DNA of 37,849 nucleotides. Source: Candidatus Micrarchaeota archaeon. Its GTDB lineage: Archaea; Micrarchaeota; Micrarchaeia; Micrarchaeales; CABMGC01. A program made the position numbers and the translations under genes. The stretch covers positions 1 to 37,849 of the forward strand of contig CAZJZM010000003.1 of NCBI GenBank assembly GCA_964550485.1, read 5' to 3'. The notes beneath the pieces were generated by a model, which made no database searches, was not told where the DNA came from, and saw nothing but the letters and a program-made list of their open reading frames with translations. Positions 23,833 to 31,755 of this stretch are shown here, in pieces (within the stretch, counting starts at the first letter, position 1; each line of letters opens with the position of its first letter).

Positions 23833-24879
23833 TCAGTTTCCTAGCGCATTGGCGTTGAGCCCGTTCTGCAGCTGCAGCAATTCTCCATTCATCCAGACCT
23901 GGAACGGAACATCTGGCGGCTGGATGGTCTCCGTCACTGGAACTATCGTGATGTTGTTTTCGGTGGCTATCAGCTTCATCTGCTGCGTTATGGGTGTCAC
24001 AGTCTGCTCATTATAAACCAACAGGGTAACGGTTCCGTTCTCAAGCTGGTTCTCAAACTGCACGACGCTCTGTGTCGGCGGGTCGTTCCCCTCGGCTACG
24101 GCTTCCATAAACGCGGGCGGCGAAACCAGGTCAAGGCCTGTGGCATTTGCCAGATAGACAAAAATGCTCTCCGTGGCACCCACCTTCGTGCCCCCGAATT
24201 GTTCCCTTATCTGCGTCATTCTATTGTCAACCTGTGCCAGTGAGGCAGTTACATTCTCATAGCGCACCTTATAATAACCAGCATCCTGCGGGTTTATCGC
24301 AACAAGATCCAGGTACATCTGCCTTACGGTCTTATTCACATAGGCGGGGTTATACCAAAGGTGCGGGTTTGAACCATTAGCCACTCCTAGGAAGTTTGCC
24401 ACATTCAGTACGGTCTGGTTTGGATTGTTGTCTGCTGATATAAGCTTGAGCGCCCAATCATCGTATCCAACCCCATTGACTATGATAAAGTTCGCATTCG
24501 CGATTGCCCTGGCATCTGCGGCATTGCTCTCATACTCATGGGGGTCTGCGTTAGGATCGGTGACAATGCTTGTCACGTTCACAGTCATTCCCCCCAGCTG
24601 CTGCACCAAGCTTCCCCAGAAGTTTTCTGCTGCAACTATCTGTATCTGCGGACCAGGAACCGGAATGGACTGATTTGTATTCAAGGCATTATTGTAACTG
24701 TAATTGGATGCCTGCTGGCCAAGCGGCGGTTGCGTATTGGCCACCACCTGCTGCGTGCCGCTTTGTGAGCCGCTACCTTTCTGAGTCAAGACAAAAGCCG
24801 CCGCTCCTATTACCAGAATGGCTATTACGACTGCCACCGCACCTTTCATCAAGTTCCTGTTTTTCTTATCTTCCCCCAT
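23833..24879 (-). CDS. Metal ABC transporter substrate-binding protein (ZnuA/TroA cluster-9 family), membrane-anchored
   Basis: N-terminal TM, then AENFWGSL..., DPHEYE, NPHLWYNP and a GTVTLLVYNEQ pattern typical of the TroA/ZnuA fold. Confidence 0.75.
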   Translation of the reverse strand: MGEDKKNRNLMKGAVAVVIAILVIGAAAFVLTQKGSGSQSGTQQVVANTQPPLGQQASNYSYNNALNTNQSIPVPGPQIQIVAAENFWGSLVQQLGGMTVNVTSIVTDPNADPHEYESNAADARAIANANFIIVNGVGYDDWALKLISADNNPNQTVLNVANFLGVANGSNPHLWYNPAYVNKTVRQMYLDLVAINPQDAGYYKVRYENVTASLAQVDNRMTQIREQFGGTKVGATESIFVYLANATGLDLVSPPAFMEAVAEGNDPPTQSVVQFENQLENGTVTLLVYNEQTVTPITQQMKLIATENNITIVPVTETIQPPDVPFQVWMNGELLQLQNGLNANALGN

Positions 24880-24896
24880 TCTATCACGAGATTAAT

Positions 24897-24955
24897 TATT
24901 AAGATTATTACAATAACTTAATAACTATTAAGTATTTATACCTTTCTACTTAATA
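24897..24955. promoter_or_regulatory. Four TATTAAG/CTTAATA half-sites (candidate operator) in the SBP / NikR-like intergenic region
   Basis: TATTAAG 24897-24903, CTTAATA 24917-24923, TATTAAG 24926-24932, CTTAATA 24949-24955. The central pair forms a 16-bp palindrome, CTTAATA-AC-TATTAAG. Confidence 0.5.
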
Positions 24956-24972
24956 AGCTATATCAGGATAAA

Positions 24973-25356
24973 ATGCCGATCGTCAGCCTCTCACTGAATG
25001 AAAAGATATTGGAGGAGATAGACCAACTTGAGAAGTCTATGGGTTTCTCCGGAAGATCTGAGGTCATGCGTGCCGCCATAAGGCACTTCATCGTCGAAGA
25101 ACAGGGAACAAAAGCGATTGTAGGCAAGATCCATGCGGTCTTGCTTGTGACTCATTCCGAGCGCGTCGATGAATTAATAGCAGGAGCCATGCATCAATTC
25201 GATGATATAATAATGACGCATCTCCATAACAAGGCCAAAAACGAAAAATGCCTTGAGACATTCATCATCGTGGGCGACGCAGGCAGGGTAAAGATGATGT
25301 TCAAGGCACTTCAGTCAAACAAAAAGGCCGACTACGTAAAACTGCTTGTAATCTGA
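24973..25356 (+). CDS. nikR: NikR-like ribbon-helix-helix metal-responsive regulator
   Basis: N-terminal RHH (VSLSLNEKILEEIDQL...GRSEVMRAAIRHFI) plus an ACT-like C-domain with His/Cys (THSERV, MTHLHNKAKNEKC). 127 aa. Confidence 0.65.
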   Translation: MPIVSLSLNEKILEEIDQLEKSMGFSGRSEVMRAAIRHFIVEEQGTKAIVGKIHAVLLVTHSERVDELIAGAMHQFDDIIMTHLHNKAKNEKCLETFIIVGDAGRVKMMFKALQSNKKADYVKLLVI

Positions 25357-25358
25357 TT

Positions 25359-26732
25359 TCACTCTGTCCTTAGGGCCTTGATAGGGTCCACTGTCGATGC
25401 CTTCCAAGCAGGATAGAGGCTCGAAAGGACGCTCACCACTATCGCTATCAGTATCGCGCCGACAATTATTGTCGGACTCACCTGCGGAGTCAATGAGAAG
25501 CTTGACGCACTGCTGCTTGAGGAAGAACTTGCAATTACCGCCGCTCCGCCTCCTGCAGCTGCACCGCTGCGGCCGCCTGTAAATCCTCCACCGCCCGCCG
25601 CTCCGCCTCCAGTGAATCCTCCGGTTCCGGCCCTGGAGGTTCCAGAACTCGCAGCCGTTGAGGTAGTGGCGGTTGTGCTAGAAGTAGATGAAGCATGGGA
25701 AAGTATTGCGGGAAGGAGATACGCGCCTCCTCCACCCAATGCCACTCCGAAAATCCCGCCGACAAGGCCTATTACCACCGCCTCTGCTAGGAAGAGCGTC
25801 AGGACCTCGCCATTCTTGAATCCTATCGATTTGAGTATCCCTATCTCCCTTGTCCTCTCGGTCACCGAGACCATCATTATGCTGAGTATGCTTATACCCG
25901 CAACTATCAGCGAGATTCCGGCGATCGAGCCGAGAAGCAGGCTTATGGATCCTATCACAGATGAGACTGTTGCGGCTAGCGCCTGGACCGAGAGGATCTC
26001 GGCGTCGCTGCCGTAGATCGTGGTAAGCAGGGTATCAACTGCCGGTGCCGTTGTGGTGTTGGTTGCCTGGACAAGGACCACATTGTAGGAGTAAGTGTTT
26101 AGCAGACTCTCCGCCTCTGGGAGCGAGACGAAGATCGAGCTGTCAGGAGAGATGAAGAGCGAGGATCCATAGGTGTTGAGTATGCCTGAGGTGACTACTG
26201 TTATGCTCTTAGTGTTCGATCCGGAGCCCTGCGTTAGGTATATGGGCTGGTTCAGGAGTACCGAAGAAGTGCTCTGCCCAGTGGTGGGGAAGGCTATGTC
26301 ATGCCCCACAAGTGCCAGGGGAAGGGCCGAATTGTTGAAGCTGGTGCCTTCGTAGATGTTCAGGCTGCCCAGCGCCTTCGTTATGCTGTAGTTGTTCACG
26401 CCTATTATGGTGGCGCTAATGGACTGGCCGTTTATCGAGAGCGTGCCGCTGGACTCCACCATCGGTATTACAGAACTGACGTTGGGCAGCGACTGTATCA
26501 GGGCTATATCAGCGCCAGTGAAGATATGTCCAGGCCGAGGTACTATATAGATCGATGCCGGGCCTATGGTTTCAAGCGACTTGGTGATGCTAGCCGAGCT
26601 TCCTGCCACAAGGGAGATGAGGGCGACTATGGCTGCCACTCCTATCGCTACGCTTAGAATTGTAAGCGCGGTACGGAATTTGCGCTCGGTTATCCCCTTG
26701 ACTCCCAACCAGAGTGTATCTCGCAGTTTCAT
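25359..26732 (-). CDS. MacB/FtsX-type ABC transporter permease with a low-complexity insertion
   Basis: TM1, then a roughly 230-aa extracytoplasmic domain, then the FtsX region (ERTREIGILKSIGF...). A 77-aa S/T/G-rich insert precedes the last TM helix. Confidence 0.8.
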   Translation of the reverse strand: MKLRDTLWLGVKGITERKFRTALTILSVAIGVAAIVALISLVAGSSASITKSLETIGPASIYIVPRPGHIFTGADIALIQSLPNVSSVIPMVESSGTLSINGQSISATIIGVNNYSITKALGSLNIYEGTSFNNSALPLALVGHDIAFPTTGQSTSSVLLNQPIYLTQGSGSNTKSITVVTSGILNTYGSSLFISPDSSIFVSLPEAESLLNTYSYNVVLVQATNTTTAPAVDTLLTTIYGSDAEILSVQALAATVSSVIGSISLLLGSIAGISLIVAGISILSIMMVSVTERTREIGILKSIGFKNGEVLTLFLAEAVVIGLVGGIFGVALGGGGAYLLPAILSHASSTSSTTATTSTAASSGTSRAGTGGFTGGGAAGGGGFTGGRSGAAAGGGAAVIASSSSSSSASSFSLTPQVSPTIIVGAILIAIVVSVLSSLYPAWKASTVDPIKALRTE

Positions 26733-26740
26733 AAATACAC

Positions 26741-28486
26741 TTAGTGGTGCGCAACCTTCGCCTTTTCCTTAGCCGCCTTCTTTTTCCTATGGAGGTAGTA
26801 TGCCACTCCTCCCACAATTACAATTATGACAACGGCAGCCACGGCTATGTAAATTACAAAGTTACCTCTCTTTCTTACATATATTCCCGTACTTGTAAAG
26901 TTGCCATGCCTGTAACTCGTTGAATTATATGTTCCTGTCACTGCACCGCTACCTATTCCAGATGTCGAAGTTCCAACTTCTACATTATAGTAGAAGGTCT
27001 TGTTTTGCCTCTGGTTGAGGTTGTTCAGGTATGAGAGCACTACCGGTATGGTATACTCTCCTGATTTTGCCGAAGGTGAGACTGTGAAACTGACAGTCAT
27101 CGCAGTAGGTGTATCGACAGCTATGCTTCCCAGGAAGGTGGTGTTCTCTCCAAGTATAGTAATCCCTGCTGGAGGCTTAGGCGCGACAGATGCTGCAGTT
27201 GCGGATTGCGATCCGGTATTCTCTATGGTTGAGGTTATGGAGAATATCTCGCCCTGGGTGGGATTTGAAGGTGAGACTACCGTGCTTACCAGCGTCGTGT
27301 TGACATTGCCAGGATTCAGGAAGCTTATGGTCCTCGAATCCGTGACCTGCTGGTTGTCAAGGACGTAGGAAAGGCTTATGTCCAAGGTGGAAACCGCGCT
27401 TGTGGAAGACTGTACATAAAGAGTTATGGGAAGGTTGACGCTCTTTCCGGGGAGGACCTCAGGTACTGCATTCAGGTTGTCTGACCCTATTATGCTAAGC
27501 GGAGAGGACGGGGTAAGGACCACCGAAAGGTTTGTTATCGGATCGGTGCCAGAATTCGAGACGGTCAGATTCATGTTGGTGATCCTTCCGGATACGAGGG
27601 TCTGATTCAGTACCGAAACCAGCACCGATGACTGTGAAGGCAGCGATGCGAACAAACCTAGATTATTGTTAAGGGTTGTATTGTAGCCGTATGGATTTAT
27701 GTAATGTGTATCCAGATTCAGGATCACTGAGGAGCCCGCCTGCGAATTGCCCGCCTGGCTGGGCGCTATGTAAAGCTTGACTGTAACGTTCTTTGTCTGG
27801 CCAGGTGTCAGCGATGATATTGTCTGGGGCTGTCCCAGCAGGCTGACTCCCGAAGACGAGGAGACCATGGTGCTTATGTCTGAAGCTACTCCGCTGCCGG
27901 TATTCGAGACGGTGATGGTCACATTGCTGACCTTTCCTGCGGTTATGTCCGGCGTGGGGGTCTTGAATGAGAGGTTTGCTGCTCCCTGAAGCGGCACCTG
28001 GACGTTCAATTGCTGCTGGACGTCTGTAGAACCGTTATTCGAATCCCAGGAGATTACAAGAGGATACGTGACTATGGTGTAAGGCCCCATGCTGACATTG
28101 CTTCCAATGTTCAAATGGAAGACCATGTTGATTATCGATGGTGGCTGTATGTCCTGCAGATAATATGCAGAGGTCGATGCTCCTGTGAAATCGGTTATCC
28201 CGCCGTATGGGCTCAGGGTAGCCACCACATTCTGAAGTTCGCAATTTGTATCGTAGCTTTCAAGGGTCACAGTTAACGGCACATCCTTGTTTCCCGGAGC
28301 AGCGGAGATGGGATGAGTCGAGTTTCCCCAAGTCACGCTTATCACTTTCAGATTAGGCGTGGACCAGGTCTGGCATCCGACTGACGCAGCGCCTACCACT
28401 CCTATCGTAAGCATCATTATCGCAACTGTGAGCAGCGATGTCCTCAGTATTCTAGTTTCCATTGTTATTCCTCTAAACATGATCAT
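26741..28486 (-). CDS. Large surface protein with repeated CARDB/COG1361-like beta-sandwich domains and a C-terminal TM anchor
   Basis: Signal/TM at the N-terminus. Repeated motif x-V-x-N-T/S-G-S/T (VTITVSNTGSGVASDIS, NLTVSNSGTDPITNLS, TIENTGSQSATAASV). C-terminal helix IYIAVAAVVIIVIVGGVAYY plus a KKK tail. The start may be ATG 28486, 28480 or 28462. Confidence 0.65.
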   Translation of the reverse strand: MIMFRGITMETRILRTSLLTVAIMMLTIGVVGAASVGCQTWSTPNLKVISVTWGNSTHPISAAPGNKDVPLTVTLESYDTNCELQNVVATLSPYGGITDFTGASTSAYYLQDIQPPSIINMVFHLNIGSNVSMGPYTIVTYPLVISWDSNNGSTDVQQQLNVQVPLQGAANLSFKTPTPDITAGKVSNVTITVSNTGSGVASDISTMVSSSSGVSLLGQPQTISSLTPGQTKNVTVKLYIAPSQAGNSQAGSSVILNLDTHYINPYGYNTTLNNNLGLFASLPSQSSVLVSVLNQTLVSGRITNMNLTVSNSGTDPITNLSVVLTPSSPLSIIGSDNLNAVPEVLPGKSVNLPITLYVQSSTSAVSTLDISLSYVLDNQQVTDSRTISFLNPGNVNTTLVSTVVSPSNPTQGEIFSITSTIENTGSQSATAASVAPKPPAGITILGENTTFLGSIAVDTPTAMTVSFTVSPSAKSGEYTIPVVLSYLNNLNQRQNKTFYYNVEVGTSTSGIGSGAVTGTYNSTSYRHGNFTSTGIYVRKRGNFVIYIAVAAVVIIVIVGGVAYYLHRKKKAAKEKAKVAHH

Positions 28487-28493
28487 TTCAATG

Positions 28494-29201
28494 CTAGTGC
28501 CTGTTTTTAACCTGCTTTTCTATAAGGCCGTCCTTCATGTATATGCTTCTTTCCGACAACGCCGCAACATCGGGATCGTGAGTCACTACCAATATGGTGG
28601 TGTGTTTCTCCTCGCACTCCTTGATTATCAGATTCAATACCGATTCAGCAGTCTTCGAATCCAGGTTTCCAGTAGGTTCGTCGGCAAGTATTATTTGCGG
28701 ATTATTTATCAGGGCCCTTGCGATTGCAACCCTCTGCTGCTGCCCACCGCTAAGCTCGTTCGGTTTCTTGTCAAGCTGTGTGCCCATGCCTATCTCGGTG
28801 AGCAGGCGCTTAGCATCCTCTATCTTTTCAGGAGTATCCCTTCCATTCACCATCAGGGAAAGAACGACATTCTGAAGAACGTTGAGGTAAGGAACCAGGT
28901 TGTATGACTGGAAAATGAAGCCTATCTTTATATTTCTTATATTGGCAAGTTGGTTGTCATTTAACGAGGAGACATCGATGCCGTCAAGCAATATTCTTCC
29001 GTGCGTAGGTCTGTCAAGCGTTCCTATCAGATTCATAAGGGTCGTCTTTCCGCTTCCCGAGGGTCCCAGCACAGAGACGAATTCACCTTTCTTCAACGAA
29101 ATTGAAACGTCCTTGATCGCCATATACTCTATATTTTTAGTCGTATAGACCTTCCTGATATGGTCTACCTCTATTACATTACCTTCTGGCTTGGTCTTCA
29201 T
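28494..29201 (-). CDS. MacB/LolD-type ABC transporter ATP-binding protein
   Basis: Walker [11 protein letters not shown]-loop, signature [15 protein letters not shown], Walker [12 protein letters not shown]. Confidence 0.9.
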   Translation of the reverse strand: MKTKPEGNVIEVDHIRKVYTTKNIEYMAIKDVSISLKKGEFVSVLGPSGSGKTTLMNLIGTLDRPTHGRILLDGIDVSSLNDNQLANIRNIKIGFIFQSYNLVPYLNVLQNVVLSLMVNGRDTPEKIEDAKRLLTEIGMGTQLDKKPNELSGGQQQRVAIARALINNPQIILADEPTGNLDSKTAESVLNLIIKECEEKHTTILVVTHDPDVAALSERSIYMKDGLIEKQVKNRH

Positions 29202-29218
29202 TATTGATCCCTATTCTT

Positions 29219-30961
29219 CTAACTGACAGAGACATTAGATTCAGCGTATGCGCCTTCGCTACCTATTACATCTATTCTATATTTAGTTCCGCTTGTGAAA
29301 TTCGCATTAACTAAATTTCCGCCCAGTCCCACCGTACCATTAAAGGCCAAGGCAACACTCTGTCCTGGACTTAATACATAGTCCTGCATCTTCGGAGGAG
29401 GCGGCATTAGGTAATTGGATTGGCTGAGGGTTCCGTTGCGATTTACTGCAAAGTTTATCACCCCAAGACTCTGCTTGGCCAATCCTGTTGAGTAAGCCCG
29501 GTCTACATCATCTTCAATCTGCGGACTCGATGAAGGATTGGTGATGATGTTTCTTGGGACATTGAAGAACCCTCCCACTTCCATCCATTGCCCGTTCGGC
29601 ACTGGCGGCGGCATTCCCCCAACAGTCCATGAAGAATTGATCTTTCCTGAGGTCCAATTATATGCATTGGTGAAATTAATCCCCATCTTCATACCGCCTG
29701 GACCGCCTTGCCCTACACCATAGACTGGCATGGCTGGCATCTGATGGATAAAGTTACCGTTTGAGAAATTGCCCCTTCTTTCGTCAGGAGTCCTGTTGTA
29801 TCCACCTCTTCCGCCTGTCCTGTTTGCATAGGGAAACTGCCCTTCATTCATACCATTCTGGGGTTGTGGAAACGGTGCCCCTCCAACATTACCGATCTCT
29901 CTATTAATCAAAGTTGGATTTAGATAGAGCGATTCGTTTCCGAAAATCAAGACATGCTCAAGTTCTATACTCTTGTTTGAGGTATCCTTGATCACAATTC
30001 CGATCTGCGTATAATTACCAGAAGAAGTTATCTTGCTATAAGTTATGTTTATTCCTCCGCACAGAGCCTTCAGCCCTTCGGAGGTGTTGACATCGAAAAG
30101 GAATTGCTGGGGATTGCCTCCTGGTTGCTGGGAGAGATGATATTTGTCGACCATCACCGCTGTTGCAGAAGGCACAAGCCCGAACACAGTCGAATTGTCG
30201 TTGTACAATGTCAATACTGTTGGAGAAAAGTCGACAAGCAAATCTGAACTTCCGTTAAAGGAGCTGCTGTCGCTTACCTGCCCTGTTACTCTGTTATTGG
30301 TTATATAAATAGGGTAGCTTTGGTTTTCTATTTCTATCTTGGCGTTGGTTATATTGAATGCGACCATGTCTATTATGGAGTTTGAAGGCACTTGGACTGA
30401 TCCTATTATTTTGCTTATGTTTACCAGGGAGAGCAAATCCAAGGTGCCTGTCGAATTTAACGTAATCCAATTATTGGAAGCGGAATTTGCAAGATGTACC
30501 TGCACAGAAGAGTAGGTTATGTTAAGCATCCTGGTTCCCATCGGCACATGCGGAGGATCAGTAAGCAATATGTTAAGTGTACTAGACTGCGATCCTAGCT
30601 GCGTTGCCTGTTGCGACTTTGATTGTGAAAAGATTGGAGAGTAGCTGGAAAAAAGCGCCAATACCACAAGAACAAGAGCTATCCCGATGACGCCAAGACC
30701 GAACTTCGGGAAAGTCTTTTTGGCTGTCTCGTTTGTAACATAATTGTTTTCTGCATAGCCTTGATTAATAGAGTAATATTTTTCGTTCTTGAAATGGGAG
30801 TTGTCAAGTTCTGCGATGAGATTCAACTCCTTCATTTCCTTCAGGTGCTGGCTTACAGTAGCAGGAGAAAGTCCAAGTACAGGATAAATGTCAATAAGCC
30901 TCTTGTTCCCTCCCTTTAGCAGTTCTAATATCTTGTTCTTTGTTTCAGAAGTCTTGCTCAT
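29219..30961 (-). CDS. Membrane-tethered winged-helix (ArsR-like) regulator with a DUF4382-like extracellular domain
   Basis: N-terminal NKILELLKGGNKRLIDIYPVLGLSPATVSQHLKEMKELNLI. One TM helix (FGLGVIGIALVLVVLALF). LNILLTDPPHV...VQVHLAN...WITLNSTGTLDLLSLVN resembles DUF4382. ATG 30961 is preferred; the track uses TTG 30970. A TTTATATT box lies about 35-42 nt upstream. Confidence 0.65.
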   Translation of the reverse strand: MSKTSETKNKILELLKGGNKRLIDIYPVLGLSPATVSQHLKEMKELNLIAELDNSHFKNEKYYSINQGYAENNYVTNETAKKTFPKFGLGVIGIALVLVVLALFSSYSPIFSQSKSQQATQLGSQSSTLNILLTDPPHVPMGTRMLNITYSSVQVHLANSASNNWITLNSTGTLDLLSLVNISKIIGSVQVPSNSIIDMVAFNITNAKIEIENQSYPIYITNNRVTGQVSDSSSFNGSSDLLVDFSPTVLTLYNDNSTVFGLVPSATAVMVDKYHLSQQPGGNPQQFLFDVNTSEGLKALCGGINITYSKITSSGNYTQIGIVIKDTSNKSIELEHVLIFGNESLYLNPTLINREIGNVGGAPFPQPQNGMNEGQFPYANRTGGRGGYNRTPDERRGNFSNGNFIHQMPAMPVYGVGQGGPGGMKMGINFTNAYNWTSGKINSSWTVGGMPPPVPNGQWMEVGGFFNVPRNIITNPSSSPQIEDDVDRAYSTGLAKQSLGVINFAVNRNGTLSQSNYLMPPPPKMQDYVLSPGQSVALAFNGTVGLGGNLVNANFTSGTKYRIDVIGSEGAYAESNVSVS

Positions 30962-31021
30962 AGCAATCAATACATACTACTTAGATGGGAATTAGAATAT
31001 AAATACCTGATTATGCGTTTA

Positions 31022-31049
31022 GGTTTTGCTTCGGTTTTGTTTTGGTTTT
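31022..31049. repeat. Three phased GGTTTT repeats at exact 11-bp spacing
   Basis: GGTTTT starts at 31022, 31033 and 31044. They lie 60-90 nt upstream of the regulator/ABC operon start. Confidence 0.7.
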
Positions 31050-31121
31050 AAGAGATTTGATATTTAAGGCTATTCCATTCCGGCTAGTTATCTTAAGCCC
31101 ATATACTTGGAAGTTACCAGC

Positions 31122-31286
31122 TCATTTTGGTATCTTCTTTCCGTTCTTTATATACTCCAGTACTTTCTCCGGGATCGGCCTGCAGCCACAATTTTCATGA
31201 TGAGATAGATGCCATTCTGCTTTTTGGCGCATCGTAGCGCCTTCTGGCATTTTGTTCTTAGCATGCCACTTTTTGTTTATCTCCAT
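31122..31286 (-). CDS. Small conserved-looking Cys/His protein (54 aa); not in the ORF track
   Basis: Hand translation: MEINKKWHAKNKMPEGATMRQKAEWHLSHHENCGCRPIPEKVLEYIKNGKKIPK. The WH...N-x-MP...WH...H...C-x-CRPIP pattern looks like a widespread small bacterial/archaeal family. Confidence 0.45.
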   Translation of the reverse strand: MEINKKWHAKNKMPEGATMRQKAEWHLSHHENCGCRPIPEKVLEYIKNGKKIPK

Positions 31287-31372
31287 AAATACATCAGCCA
31301 AGGCAGCTTCCTTACTAAACCTACTTCAGGAGCAAATATAATCCTTTAGGACAATTTTTAAGTAGTGGTTAA

Positions 31373-31681
31373 ATGGCAAAAAATGGTTTTGAAGTATTCC
31401 AGTCTGAGTCGCCCAAGGTTGCTGCAGCCTTCAATGCATTAATCGAATCGCTTTCGGCGCCTTCAGCCTTGGATCCGAAGACGAAGCATCTTATTTACAT
31501 AGGGATGAAAATCGCGAATGGTGACCAGAGCGCTGTGGTCGCACACGTTCCGATGGCGAAAAAGCTAGGAGCGACAAGGGAAGAGATTCGGGAGACGGTC
31601 CTTCTGACCCTGACAGTATGCGGGCTAAAAGGGATAAATTCGAGCCTGGGTCCTGCGCTCGAAACGTATGATAAAGCCTAA
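31373..31681 (+). CDS. Carboxymuconolactone decarboxylase (AhpD-like) family protein
   Basis: About 100 aa. LDPKTKHLIYIGMKIANGDQSAVVAHVPMAKKLGATREEIRETV is a typical CMD-domain pattern. Confidence 0.6.
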   Translation: MAKNGFEVFQSESPKVAAAFNALIESLSAPSALDPKTKHLIYIGMKIANGDQSAVVAHVPMAKKLGATREEIRETVLLTLTVCGLKGINSSLGPALETYDKA

Positions 31682-31755
31682 GCTCATTCCATAAGGGAGA
31701 AGCCCTAACACTAACCTGCTATTACACTATTACTTGGCAGAGATTTCGAGAAGAG

